The notes: generated by a model from the letters alone, not told the origin. DNA of 64,000 bases from Octopus bimaculoides (GCF_001194135.2 NC_068993.1:50273815-50337814), one strand, 5' to 3'; positions 26,525 to 41,179 are shown, numbered from the stretch's first letter. A program made the numbers and translations.

Positions 26525-27437
26525 ATATTCCTTTCTCATTCCTTCTTGCTCTCCCTTCTCTTTAAGTAATAAAACATTTTATACCTTCGCTCCTCCTTCT
26601 CCCTCTCTCACTCACTTTAATGTACTCCACTCTCAGCAGAGTGACTCTAGATGGTTTCTGATACCCTATCATCACAGCTAAGAAACCCTGTACTGTTTAG
26701 ATAAGCCATCCGACTAATTCTCTCCAACCCCCTTTCTTTTTAGTTTACACAGAGAGAGAGAGAAAGAGAGAGAGAGAGAAAGAGAGAGGATGAGTGGGAG
26801 AGTGAGAAATCCATCCACCCTTCTGGAACGGCACCTCCACTCGCCCTCCCCTCGCCTTCCCCTCAAAATCACACTTACCCTTGCACACTCTCCCTACTGA
26901 TTATCTTCACAGCTGTATGTGTGTGTTCCTCCCACATCTGATGGGGAGGGGGGGTTACAGCATCAACCATTTCTGATGTTTACTGTTGTTGTTGTTGTCG
27001 TCGTCGTCGTTGTTGTTGTTGTTGTTGTTGTAGTGCTGCCATTTCAACCACGCTAGTTCTGCATTACCTGCATAGTTGGAATCTGATTGACTGTTGGCAG
27101 GCATAGTCGTACACCCACCTGCCCAAACCCTCCATCTGCACCTGTATTGCCACCACATTTCAACACTTAAGAAAGGTGGGGGGTGGGGGTGAGGGCGGGT
27201 TACATAAACACACACACACATACACACACATGTACACACATACACACACACACACACACATGTACACACCTGCTTTCTATTTCCATTGTGAAACAAGTTT
27301 CTCTTTATACATCTTAATATGTGTGTGTGTGTGTATATATATGTATATAGGTGTGTGTATGTATGTATATATGTGAGTGTATGCATGTATATATGTGTGT
27401 GTGCATATGTATATATATTTGTATGTATGTATGCAGA

Positions 27438-27481
<44 letters not shown>

Positions 27482-27729
27482 ATGTGTGTGTGTGTGTGTT
27501 TATGTGTGTAAGTGTATCAGTGTTTATCTTGTTTATTATGCATGTATGTACACTTGCGTCTTTTGTTTACCTTGTCTGTTATTAGAAATATTCCATGTGT
27601 TTGTGTTAGTATGTGTATGCATGTGGAGTGTCGTGTACACACATTTTGTAGAACCTTTATGGTGAGGTGTAGCAAGGGTAGAGTGGTTGACTGGCAGTAA
27701 CTTGGTTTTCTAAAGAGTCCTAATAAATT

Positions 27730-27957
27730 TACTTTTGTTCTCTTACTGGTTTCAATCATTGGACTACAGCCATGCTGGGGAATTGCTTGCAAGGTTTTAG
27801 TAAATCTTATAATAAGCCCCATCCCCTCTTCTTCATTTCAGTCCAGTACTTACTTAATTTTAGTATAATCTATTTGTTGAACTGCTAGGTTATTTGGTAT
27901 AAAGTGACACCACATACACATCTTACCAGTGTCAGCATAAAACATGGACAGATGTGT

Positions 27958-27999
<42 letters not shown>

Positions 28000-28178
28000 G
28001 CAATAACAGCAGCAGACTTCTGAAGAGTTTCTGTCTACCAAATTCTACTCACAGAGTAATTGTCATCTTGAGACTATCTTAGAAGACACTTAGCCAAGGT
28101 ATTTCACTCTTAAGAGAGGATTGAACCCAGAACCATGTGGTTGTGAAGCAAATTTCGTAGTCACACAACCGTGTCTAT
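27730..28178 (-). mobile_element. Family C SINE, old near-full-length copy with internal (CA)n
   Basis: Head 28013-28178 (GAACCCAGAACCATGTGGTTG) and tail 27730-27830 (CAGCCATGCTGGG) flank an internal microsatellite. Confidence 0.6.
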
Positions 28179-28724
28179 GTGAATATATATTATATATTTT
28201 ATTTTATTTCTCTCTCGTTTTTTTTTTTGTAAAATTCTGACATTTTTGAAAATATAGNNNNNNNNNNNNNNNNNNNNNNNNNNNNNNNNNNNNNNNNNNN
28301 NNNNNNNNNNNNNNNNNNNNNNNNNNNNNNNNNNNNCAATAAACAAAATAATTAGCCAAATTAAACCAAATAAATGCCAAGAAAATAATGTCAGATGATG
28401 TTAATTAACATTGATACTTGTTTTATTATATTTGTTTTGGTTGTTGCTTTTACCATTGTTTTGTTTGAGAAATATTGATGTCTATAGGTTTTTCTTTTTT
28501 ATTATTATATATACTTAGATTGGTAGGGTATTGGTAACTGGGTGAATTTAATTTATGGGAGTCGATGTCTGATGATAGATTTATCACACTGTATTGGTGT
28601 GTATAATGCTAGTGGTGGTGTATAACCGTATTAGTAACTAATGGTATTATTCATGGACAGCTGTATTTGCAGATATGTTGATACGGGTGTATCTATCCAT
28701 GCATATCTATCTGTTTGTGTTTGT

Positions 28725-28812
28725 CATCATCATTTACTGTCCACTTTTCTATGCTAGTATGGGTTGGAGAAAATTTGTTGAGGCAAATTTTCTACAGCCA
28801 GATGCCCTTCCT
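28725..28812 (-). mobile_element. Family A variant, short
   Basis: ATGCTAGTATGGGTTGGA...TTTCTACAGCCAGATGCCCTTCC with shortened middle. Confidence 0.7.
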
Positions 28813-28863
28813 CTGTGTGCAGTGTGTTTATAATATATGTAATGTATATACATATATATATAT

Positions 28864-29196
28864 CATCATCATCATCATTTAACGTCTGCTTTCCATGCTA
28901 GCATGGGTTGGACAATTTGACTGAGGACTGGTGAAACCCGATGGCTACACCAGGCTCCAATCTGATTTGGCAGAGTTTCTACAGCTGGATGCCCTTCCTA
29001 ACGCCAACCACTCCGAGAGTGTAGTGGGTGCTTTTACGTGTCACCGGCACGAAGGCCAGTCAGTCGATACTGGCAATGGCCATGCTCAAAATGGTGTATT
29101 TTATGTGCCACCCGCACAAGAGCCAGTCCAGGAGCACTGGCAACGATCTCGCTCGAAAGTCCTTACGCATGCTGCAGGCACAAGTGCCAGAAAGGC

Positions 29197-29197
<1 letters not shown>
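28864..29197 (-). mobile_element. Family A, long copy
   Basis: High identity to 52939-53250; two internal GCCAGT..ACTGGC hairpin units. Confidence 0.93.
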
Positions 29198-29233
<36 letters not shown>

Positions 29234-29555
29234 ACATACATACAACCTAATACGTGTATGTGATTAAGCAAGGTAGTGAAAGATGCAATATATCTATCAG
29301 TCACAAGTAACAGAGTCTGTATCTTTGGTATACACAGAAGATGCAAGCCATCATAAGGACATCTATCAAATACATCTAACCAAACCACACCATTATTGTT
29401 GGACTGAAAGACAGCTGTTACATGATCAAAACATGAGCTAGTAAGGAAGATTGTTTCCTGTAAACACAACCTACTAAAACTGTTAGTCAAATACCTTCAA
29501 ATCACACTGTATGATATTAGGAATATGACATATTGGATAATGCAGACATTGCTTT

Positions 29556-29597
<42 letters not shown>

Positions 29598-29710
29598 TTT
29601 TGTCATTAATTAAAACTGAATTTGTAGGTGTTGTTACTGAGAATTTCTCGTATCCAGTGGCTGAAACAAGAAAAGCAAAGGAATATATATATGAACACAA
29701 ATGCAAGAAT

Positions 29711-29745
<35 letters not shown>

Positions 29746-29869
29746 TGCATGCATGCACACTCACACACATCAATTTTCATCTGTAGTGTATTACATTGTC
29801 TTATTCTTGTGATTGCATAAACTGATGTTCAGTTGTTTCACATACTTGCACTTGCATACAAACATGTAA

Positions 29870-29911
<42 letters not shown>

Positions 29912-32409
29912 ATGTATGCTTACACTCATGTTGAAACCCATATGATACATGCACACAAGATTTTCCTTCATTGTGAGTAGATTTAATTTTGGTGGTGGTG
30001 GTCGTGGTGGTGGTTGTGGGGAAGTGCTAAATGTATTTATGTATGATAAAACATTTACAATCAAAAGAATGCATTGAACACACACATATACATGCACACA
30101 CATACACACACACATCTATCTATACTTTCTCACACATATACACTCGTGCAAGTAATTTTTAGAGTTTTATGAATTTCTGCTGCTAAATTAATATTCCTTA
30201 CAATTAACCCAATAAATAAAGTGACAAAGAAATTTGACAAAAGAAATAGCTAGCTGTAAAATCCATCTCGTGGATTAATTTATAAAAAGAAAAAAAAAAA
30301 GAAAAGAAAAGAAATTGCTGTGCATTTTTGTTTCAAGACTACAAACTCAGCTTATAACCCCTCTGTTTAAAAAAATAAATAAATAAATAAAATTTAAATA
30401 AAATGAAATAAAACAAAGCAAAAATTAAATTTATAATATTAATAACAATAACGACTTTTAAAAATTCCATTTAATCTATCCCTTGAAAAGTGATAAAAAA
30501 GGTAATTTTCTAAAAAAAATTCAGCTTTATTTTATTTTTTTTTATTTTTTAATTACATTATTTATTTTTTGGTTTTTTGGTTTTTCGGCAGCAATAACAT
30601 CTACAATTACAGCAGCTATGACAACAACATCAACAACATAAATAACTACTACAAAGTAGAGGGCTAAATAAATTATGTTCTGTGATCTTTGCTAACTTAA
30701 AAATGCATGTGTAAATCATATGCAGCAACAAACTTCCTTGTGATTCCTGTATTTCTTGGTTAGATTATTTTAAATGTTCGACAGGGAAATGAGTAGAAGT
30801 GTGTGTGGGGGTGTGCTTCAAAATTTGTAATAAATCAAATTTAGGGTTTTTAAAAATTGATTTAAATTAGTCATACCAAAGATTTATTGCTCCAATAATT
30901 TAGAGAGCTTCTAAGATAAAATGGTTCCTGCTTTTTCTTTTTTCTTCTTTTACTTCGTTTCTTTTTCTCCCTTCTCCCTCTCTCTCTTTCTTTTTCTCTC
31001 TCCGTTTTCTTCTACTTTGGTCAAGCCATTCTCCGCCTTCTCCTCTTGCATTTGTTTTTTATATTTTTCAATGCTACCTTTTTTGTTTTTACTTTGTCTT
31101 TGATTGTTTCACTGACAAGATTTCAGTCCAAGATAAATGATCCCTCCACCACCACCACCACCACCATCCACACAACATCTCCCAATCTTCACTTTGTTAT
31201 TGTTGTTCTTTCTTTGAGCTGGATGATGATGATCGTGATAATGAAATTATTGGTGATGAGGATGATGATAATGATAACGGACAGCCTTTTCCTTTTCTTC
31301 CTATGTTGTGGATTAATTACGCTTTTTTGCATTCTCTGTGTTCTTTGCAGTAAATATCTACTTAACCACTACACATTTTCCCCAAACTGCTTCATTCACA
31401 TCACCTTTCTTACCTCCTCTCTCTCGTTTTCTTCTTTTTCTTTCCTTCTTTATCAGTTTCTTGTTCTTGTTGTTGCAGTTCTTATCAAAGAACTTGAATC
31501 AAAATGTAATTCTTATTTCGTCTCTCCAATCCCCTGCATCTATTTCAAATTTAGCTTAATTTTTCAAAATAATCTTTCTCCAAAAGAATTTTTAAAATGT
31601 CTTTCTTTTTTCTCTATTATTTTATATAACAACATTTGGCCAATAATTAATTTATTATTATCATTATTATTATTATCATCATCATCATCATCATAGTCAT
31701 CATGATGCTTGTTCATATATTGGAATGACTTGTTTTTGTGTAAAACTGTTTCTGTCAGAAGTTACAAGGATGGCATTTCATTTAGTTTTTATTTTCACAT
31801 TCTTTTAATTTTTTTTTCTTTTTTTTTTTTGTAATTTTCATGTGAAAATGAGCAACAAGTGTTGCATGAAAGTTCTGGTTGAAAAGATAATTGAAATAAA
31901 TTGACCATTCCAAGTACATGTATTGCCTGTCCATATGTCTGTGTGAATTCCTTTTCTGTGTGCTCTTTTTTTCTCTCTATATATGTTTATTTGTTTGTGT
32001 NNNNNNNNNNNNNNNNNNNNNNNNNNNNNNNNNNNNNNNNNNNNNNNNNNNNNNNNNNNNNNNNNNNNNNNNNNNNNNNNNNNNNNNNNNNNNNNNNNNN
32101 NNNNNNNNNNNNNNNNNNNNNNNNNNNNNNNNNNNNNNNNNNNNNNNNNNNNNNNNNNNNNNNNNNNNNNNNNNNNNNNATATATATATAGTCTGTAACA
32201 ATAATCTAGAAGTTCTGTGATAAATGGAAGCACAAACGCTTCTACATCAACTACCCAGCCACCCAGCCACCCATTCCATCAGTTAGAAAGATAGATGATG
32301 CATTGATGCATCAAACCTGCACATGACACCTCTAAATCAGACTTTGAATATAGAAGAGAGTTGGGTGGAAAAACCTTTGCCCTTGCTTCCTCCCCTACAC
32401 ACACACACA

Positions 32410-32453
<44 letters not shown>

Positions 32454-32659
32454 GCCCCTTTATATCAGCAATATCTGTCTATAGCACTTGCTCAGTTCCA
32501 GTGCCATTCTTATCTGCTGTCTTTGAAAATCATCCAGCCCATATCATCTGCTTTCCTCTCTGCTCTGGAGGTATTTCATGGTCCAGAGTTTCCTCGCTTT
32601 TTCTTGTTTTGTCTTCCCGGATGTGGATACAAGGGAAAAGATAGCTTTTCTGTTTCCCC

Positions 32660-32697
<38 letters not shown>

Positions 32698-33243
32698 TTG
32701 TTTGTTGGTTTATCTCTTTGTCATTCTCTTCTTGTCTTTCTAACTACGCTGTTCCTTCTCCTATAATGTCTTGATTTTGTGATTTCTTGGTGATGTTCAT
32801 GTCAGTTTACTCTGCTGTTTATGCTTGATATATAGATAGACAGACAGCAAGAGAAATAGAGATAGATAGAGAGAGAGAGAGAGAGAGCAAAGTATTGGCA
32901 GATAAATAGACAGTCAAGGTTAAGGATGGAGGTGGTGGGGAGTGTGATTGAAAGGGTGGGGTAGCAGGCAGTCAGACAGATTGTTTTCTCCTCCTGACAC
33001 TGACCTTATTTTTAAGATTACTGATAGTAGTTCAGTAAAGGGAGAGGTGGGGTGGTGTGGTCTTCGATAACGGTTTGACCTGGTGGGTACAGTTGATTAG
33101 GGTTTGTGCAAGTCTAGATATTTAGCCTCCCCAACCCTGAAATGAGGGGCTGGAAGGAGGTTGGGCATTCTTTTGAAGATTCCTGAAGGTTTGCATTGAC
33201 TTGTGCCTGCCGAAATTTACTTCACTAAATCATAATGATTCTT

Positions 33244-33483
33244 TATTTGTAAGGGCTTGAAATTGAACCTGCAACCTTTCACTCACTTAATTTGCACTCT
33301 GTCACTCTCTTCTTAATATTGATATTGATTTTATATTTTAGTTTTTTTTTTTTTTTTTTTNNNNNNNNNNTATTTGTAAGGGCTTGAAATTGAACCTGCA
33401 ACCTTTCACTCACTTAATTTGCACTCTGTCACTCTCTTCTTAATATTGATATTGATTTTATATTTTAGTTTTTTTTTTTTTTT
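33244..33483. repeat. Exact ~110-bp direct duplication on either side of a 10-N gap (probable assembly overlap)
   Basis: 33244-33360 equals 33371-33483 apart from poly-T length. Confidence 0.85.
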
Positions 33484-35676
33484 CAATTTTTTTTTTTAAA
33501 GTTTTGTTTTTGGTTTTGTAGTTGTTCATTCATTCATAAATATTTCATTTTCTGGTAATTATCCTGAGTAGTTGTTGTTGGCCTTTTGAATAGAATTAAA
33601 AAAATTTTTTTGTCTGTTTATCTCTCTATCTCAGTGATCCCCAATACTCAATAATCTTTCTGTCTAACAACACATCCCTGTTTGTTCATAGTAGTTCAAT
33701 AGGCAACCTTTCATTTAATTGAGTTCATCGTACAAAATTGACCTAGTAAAACAAAAGTAAAGCGAGAAGAGAAATATAAGAAAAATACAACCAAATAAAT
33801 AAATAATGTTGCTAGTAATGACATTGTTGATGATGATGATGATGATGATGATTTCTAACTTAGGTACAAGGTCAAAAATTTGGTAGATGGTGGGACTGCA
33901 GGAGCAATTGCTTCTATCTTGATCCCAGTACGTAACTGATACTTTATTTCATGGATCAAAAGCAAAGACTACCTTGTTGGGATTTTGTAATTTAGGAACA
34001 AGACAAGACTATCCAGTATCAGCTCAAGAAATCTGCTGCTTATTTTGTCATTCAAATTGTCATGTCACCAAAAATATAATCTTTGCATTCAGTTGGATCA
34101 GATTTATAATTTACTTCTCTTAATTCAGAGTGAGATTGACAACTCTGCTTACTGCACTGTGTGATCTCTTGCCCTGCTAAACATAGCAGCCAAATCCATC
34201 TTAGATTATACGCCACAATAGGCATCACACTATTTTAGTTCCTAATATTATATAAGATCATTCTGGCTTGAATGTCTCGTCATAGGACTGCTGAATCAGG
34301 CCCACCTAGGGTTAAACAAAAGCCTCTGTTAATTAATTATCCTCTAAACCCTGCTTTAATTGAAGATGAGATTTGAAGTAATTATAAGTGAGAGGTCTTA
34401 ATCTCAACAAACCAATGCAACAAAGCTGTTATCAGTAATTATGAAGAAAATGATGTGTGGTTGGATGGTATAAATCGTTATTTTCTTATATTCATTGAGG
34501 TTCTAAGCTCAAATCTTTGGAGAATGGCGTCAGAAAGAATGGTTAAAGTGCTGATCAAATAAATGTCTAGTAGTTAACTTTATATTTTGAGTCTAGGTTG
34601 CACCATCTTTGCTTTCCAGTCCAGATTTGGTGAAATAATTACCAGCAATATACTAGAATTCAACCAGCTATATCTCAACCCCTCCATTACATGGAATCCT
34701 TCTTATTATAATTGCTATCATTGTCATCATCATCATCATCATCGTTGTTATGGTACATTACTCACAGCATTAGATTTATTTTGGGATACTTTTGTTAGTT
34801 ACTACATCTCTTCTATGACCAAAACCCTAAGGCAATAAGTCATCCAGATTTAATTCTGATAGAATTGAAGAAAGTCTTAGCAATCTAAGGCAAGGCAAAC
34901 CATCCATGATTTAAGAACAGGACAAAAAAAAAAAAAAAGGTGGTTATTTCAACCACGTTATTCTTGTATGGTTTTGATGTCAAGAACTTGCATTCTGAAT
35001 CCTCTGCTCAGAAGAAGATAACCCACCACACGATTGCTTGCTTACTGTTATTTTCCATCAGGGTTATATAGTGGACAAAGACACTTTACAATGATGTATT
35101 AGGGAAACGGTGAGACATTTATTAAATATTTATAGCTATCACTATGATTCATTGGCACTTCTGTCTGTTGGATTTTGTACCACACCCTACCATACCACCT
35201 GTCACTATGGGATGCAGCAAAATTTATCATCGTATTCTACCCTAACCATAACCCTATTTGATGCTATTACTACACTGTATACTATCCTATTCTGCTGTTA
35301 TCCTCGCTTCTCTACCCTCACCTTCATCTGATGCTATAATTAATATTCATTTCAATTGGGAACTACTTGACTTTGTGTTTTTATTTGGTGGTGGTGGTGG
35401 TGGTGGTGGGTGTCAGGGTTACAGGATCGTTGCTGTTGTCGGATTGTTACTTCTACTCTTCTTTTCGGAAATTCACAACATTTTTTCTTTGTCTTGTTTT
35501 CTTTCTTTCTTACTTACTTATTCCTCACCCACTCCACCCAGCCCTCACCCACCNNNNNNNNNNGCATTGACAAAAACTTGGTTGGATAAATTTTTCATGG
35601 AATATATATTATATATTTTTTTTCCATTACAAGAATATATCATAAATTTGACCTAACTCGCCTCTTTTTATGTATC

Positions 35677-35727
<51 letters not shown>

Positions 35728-36490
35728 TGATGTGTGTGTGTGAAGTTATATGTATGGATATTCGTGTACGTACAAATGTGTATGGTTGTATAAAAATAGT
35801 TTTGTGTGTTTATATACATGTGTGTTAGCATGCACATATAACTGCGTTAATGTGTGTACAATAATGTATGTAGATTTTGATGTTAAGCAGTGTTGTTTTG
35901 TCATAGCATATTTATAACTAACTGCTTTACAATTCTGTCTGGTTTAACGTCTGTTGTCGTTGTCAGGACTCACTAGATGTCCCGTCGATTACGATATACA
36001 AATATGCTCTGATGAGGAAAAAAGGCATTGTGTGAAAATATTCATGATGGTTACAGCCCCATCTTCATTTTTTTGTTGCATTTTATTATCATTATTATTA
36101 TTATTATTAGGATTATATTGTTTGTTTTTTATATTACAAAAGACAATTGCTAGCTTTGTAGGTGGGGTGCGCAGCAGTCTGAGAGCAAGAAAAATAGCAA
36201 ACTATTTCTCATTCATGTGCTTCTTATATTATGAAAGCGACCTTTCAGATGGGCAAAAAAGTTATAAATCATTCAATTGATGGATGGTTTTATAATGCCT
36301 GGTTCCCCTGATACCCCCCTCTCTCCCACCCACTTTTGTATTAATTTTGTTTTTTGTTGTTCCATCTTTATAACGACAGTGTGTTGCTGTTAAATTCTCC
36401 TGAAAACTGGAGATTAATCCAAAAGTTTTGATTTCTTTACACACTGCACCATTTATTTATTTATTGTTTTTTAACCATTATTCCTGTCCT

Positions 36491-36610
36491 GGAGGCATAG
36501 TTGTGTGGTTAAGAAGTTCTGCTTCACAACCAAATGGTTCTAGATTCAATCCCACTGTATGGCAATTTGGTCGACCAGAGCTTTGTGAGTGGAATTTTGT
36601 GGAAATTCAT
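36491..36610 (+). mobile_element. Family C SINE head, internally deleted
   Basis: TTGTGTGGTTAAGAAG...GATTCAATCCCACTG...CTTTGTGAGTGGA. Confidence 0.75.
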
Positions 36611-36912
36611 TTTATAGATGGATAGAGAGAGAGAGAGATGGTTTGGTATAAATATGTGCATAAACATGGCATGTAACCATATATTTAGAACTCTGCATAA
36701 TCCATTACATTCCAAATTTTATCCTGAAAGTGGGTTCTTGCTAATATTCAAATAATCCTATGACGTGAGCAGAAGCTATAATATCCATAGAGTACTCATT
36801 TTATAATAATCATATATATATATGTATATGTATGTATGTATGTATATATGTTTGTATGTATGTATGTATATATGTATATATATATGTGTGTATGTAAATA
36901 AATATATGTATA

Positions 36913-36965
<53 letters not shown>

Positions 36966-37380
36966 GTGTATGTATATATGTGTTTAAGTCATCTTCATCA
37001 CCGTTATTATTATTAATGATGTTAGAATGACCATAAAAAAACAATATTTTTATGTATCAACATCACAAGTGTATAATCTAAACATTTATCTATCTATTAG
37101 CTACTGTTCTAATCATGATTTCACTTTGAGTATTGAAAAGATCCATATCAAATGGCGTTTGTTTGTAACAATTATTATTGAGAGATCAAAATTAGTGCAG
37201 TATCCATTTAAGTTATGTGTTCAAATCCTACTAATATCAATCAAGGACTAGGTTTGATCTCATCAACAATATGATCCTCCCAAAACAATTTGTCATAACC
37301 TTTAAAATCATTTTAGTTGTTGTTGTCTATTGAAATTATTATTATTATTATTATTTTAATATTAGTTTAATCTTATATTT

Positions 37381-37411
37381 ATCTTTCTTTATCTTTTCTT
37401 TTTAGGTAAGT
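37381..37411 (+). other. Juxtaposed 3'/5' splice-site motif (polypyrimidine-TAG|GTAAGT)
   Basis: ATCTTTCTTTATCTTTTCTTTTTAG|GTAAGT; AG at 37404-37405. Confidence 0.35.
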
Positions 37412-39843
37412 ACCTTTTACTAACTCAGCTTTGAATTGAGATGTAAACATTGATGGTCCGGTAGGTAATGTATGGCTTAGTTCTTGTGATGTTTATTTAA
37501 TCCCTCTTGAAACCCTCTAAATGGTGAAGAACACAGAAATCATTCCCAAATGTGGTCTATTTGTGGTCTTGGCAGAATAATGAGAATTATCTGGTTTTCT
37601 TTATAGAAATTACATTTATGTTTCAGAACAAATTAACACACTAACATTAACTTATTATAGAATGAAGTATAACACAAAAAGTACATTGTAGTGGGTAATT
37701 TTAATCAATTAAATCTACACAAAAATTGCTGTGATCTGTTCACTGACAGAGATGCAGTGGAATTATGCTAGTGAGCAAGTTGCTGAAGTGCAATGAAACT
37801 TTCTGACACTTCTTAATAAGATAGTATTATAAAGAAATAAAGGAAAAGCAAATATAGTATTTTGTAGCTTTAATGACCCTCTTATGATGTAATCATTTCT
37901 CTTTCAACATACAATTTCAGATCAAGTCTCTTACCAAACCACTCCAAATTCTGTATTATATATATATATGTGTGTGTGCGCATGTGTGTTTGTCTGTGTG
38001 TAGGAAGCTATATTTATTATACTGTAATATTTTGTTTTGAAATAATTATACATTTGGAAACTTTCAATTATCCTTTCAAAGTGATTCAAAATATAAACAG
38101 AAGAAGTTGGACGACAAAGTCACCACATAGAATTTGGTTTGACAATTTAGTTCCTAGTTAGATTCCCTGCTTATCAAATTGTGATACCCACTGATCGTGA
38201 TGTTAGTGTACCGAAACTCTCACCATCTGGTTTTGAGTTCAAGTGTATTACAGTAGTACTGTCATACTCTGAGCAATATACATATATGACACAAACTGTC
38301 TCCAGTTACTCTGACTGATAAAAATGGAAAGCAAAGAAACAAAGTATATTGTACACTTATTCCATATTTGAGTAGTGGTTAAAAATACAAAAGGCATCCA
38401 CCCAGCCGTTAAAACAATTACACCAACAAACTGCCATGTTAACATGGAAACAAGATGTAAAATAGCAACAAAGGCAACATCAACAACATTTTAAAATCCC
38501 TAGAAAATTGGCGATGCTTTTGAAATTCGAAATTGTTTCTTATACTGATATGCTAAATCTTGAAATAAAAAAAGAATTTCTTGTGCTAACACTGCAACAT
38601 AAATTTTACATTTTTTTTACTTGGTTATTTTATTGTTTACATATTGCTTTGTGACCAGCACTTTCTAAATACACACGCACGCGTACGCATGTTATAGCTG
38701 GCATACTAGGCCCAAAATTGCAAGAATGGTCGGTCTCCTTGTTCTGAAATTGTATCTTTCAATTGTAACTGTTCTGTCACTCTAGTGAGCTTGCTGTCAT
38801 CCTGTGATTGTGTCAGGTCTGTCAAAGAGTACGGTTTCTGTTTTGTGCGGGACATAATGAGGGGAGGACTGGCATTAAGATTTGGCTGTTACATTAGATC
38901 GCTCAATAGAGGCCCAGAGATTGAACCATCTTCAAGTAATTACTAGTATATTTGTGTGTATTTGTGTATGTATATATATATGTACACTAGCACACACTAG
39001 TAACTGAGGTTGTTCCTTGCTACTAAAAGGCTCTGTGCCAGACTTTGCTACTACTACTACTACTACTACTGTAGTTGTGATCTGCCTTTTATCAAACATC
39101 TTCATTCCTCTTTCCCTTCATTTTTGTCTACTTTAGGTCTTTTTTTTTTATCTAATCTTGATTTTGTTATGGGTGTTATTATTATTATTATTATTGTTGT
39201 TGTTGTCATCATCAAAATTGCCTGCCTGAAGAGTGCAAACATAAGTTATCCTATAAGATTTAACCCCCACCCCCCAAAATAAATAATAATAAATTTAAAA
39301 GAAAACCTAAACAACCCCAAACCCACTACACACACACACGCACACACACACAAACAAGCATAAACACATTGAGAAAAATCTCCTTGCTCTCCTACACCCC
39401 CTCTCTCCAAACTTGCCCTCTCCACCTCCTGCTTCCTCTTCCTCTGTCTCCAACGATCAATTTGCTAAAGTTCTTGTACCGTTCTTTGTTTCTCTGTGAC
39501 TAGAAGTAAGTAACATTAATCTGTAGAGGAATCATGTAAAAGCATATTGCATTGCTGCTTTTGAGAATAACTGTAGATTTCTGCTGTGGAATGTATTCTA
39601 CTTTAAAAGCTTCCAACCTGACTTAGTCCTTTTGAACTCTTGCAATTTTATTTCATTCTCCTGTTTTTGTTGTCATCATTGTTGTTGTTGTTGTTATCGC
39701 TGTCGAATGTCGGTCGTGTTCTCGCTTTATCTATTTTAGTTCCTCCCTCTCTTTTTTTGTTTTACTTCCGAGTTTTGTGTACGTATGTGTGTATATATGT
39801 GTACATGTATGTATGATCATGTATGGGTGTGTACGTATGTATG

Positions 39844-39876
<33 letters not shown>

Positions 39877-41013
39877 NNNNNNNNNNNNNNNNNNNNNNNN
39901 NNNNNNNNNNNNNNNNNNNNNNNNNNNNNNNNNNNNNNNNNNNNNNNNNNNNNNNNNNNNNNNNNNNNNNNNNNNNNNNNNNNNNNNNNNNNNNNNNNNN
40001 NNNNNNNNNNNNNNNNNNNNNNNNNNNNNNNNNNNNNNNNNNNNNNNNNNNNNNNNNNNNNNNNNNNNNNNNNNNNNNNNNNNNNNNNNNNNNNNNNNNN
40101 NNNNNNNNNNNNNNNNNNNNNNNNNNNNNNNNNNNNNNNNNNNNNNNNNNNNNNNNNNNNNNNNNNNNNNNNNNNNNGAGGGTAGGGGTTAAAGAAAAAA
40201 TGGTCCTTGTTTTTGTTTATATTTAATTTTATCTGTGATCATAAAATTTTATTGTTTATGTTTACAGTTTATTGATATTGTTTTGTTTTCTTTTTTTTTT
40301 TTTTTCATTTTTGCATGTCTAAGATAGGAATTTTCTACTTCTTGACAGCCTCAGTCTCTTAGGCTTGTTTGCCATGTGAGTTCCATTCTATTCCATCCCA
40401 TTCCATCCCTACCTTCCATTTATTTCTGTGCCATACCACTTTTTTCTCTCTCTCTCTCTCTTTCCTTCTCTCTTTCTCTCTCTCTCCCTCCCTCTTATTT
40501 TTGAAATTTTTTCTCAGTGTTGGCCAGGAATTACCTGCAATCATTCAATAAAAGAGAAAAATAAAAGAGGAGACAAGAAGCAAACGAACAAACAAAAAAA
40601 AAAGCAAAAAAAAAAAAATAATAAATTGAAGATTTTTGAGAGTGGAAGAAAAATGTAGGGTGGTGGTCGGGGATTATAGAGTAGGAGATGATGTAGAGGC
40701 AAAGAATAAGAATAAGAATTTGGTTTCTTTTTGAATATATTAGAGAGTCACTTTGAGAAAGGAACTAGAGGTAACGCTGACTAAAAACGAAGATTCGATA
40801 TATTGACTTTCTGGATATCTTTTTAATTTTCCATTAAGTATCCTGAAAAAAAAAACTCACTTTTGTCTTTTCCATTTTAAATTTATGAGTATGTGTGTGT
40901 GTGCGACACGTGCGTGTGTGTGTGTTGTAACAAATGTTATATATTTCATTTATACATGTATGTATGTATAGTTGCGCTTATATATGTGTTTGTGTGTATG
41001 TGCATATATATAT

Positions 41014-41175
41014 CATCATCGTCGTTTAACGTCCGCTTTCCATGCTAGCATGGGTTGGACGATTTGACTGAGGACTGGTGAAACCAGATGGCTACACCAG
41101 GCTCCAATCTGATTTGGCAGAGTTTCTACAGCTGGATGCCCTTCCTAATGCCAACCACTCAGAGAGCGTAGTGGG

Positions 41176-41179
<4 letters not shown>
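41014..41179 (-). mobile_element. Family A, short copy
   Basis: Near-identical to 84-240, including the end point. Confidence 0.92.

Noticed and set aside
33244-33483. Exact ~110-bp tandem duplication
   Set aside because: The copies flank a 10-N gap and end in poly-T, the typical signature of an unmerged contig overlap.
40529-40560. Minus-strand pyrimidine-rich TGCAG|GTAATT site
   Set aside because: Similar to the plus-strand ratchet candidates but on the other strand and weaker. It shows that such motifs can arise by chance.
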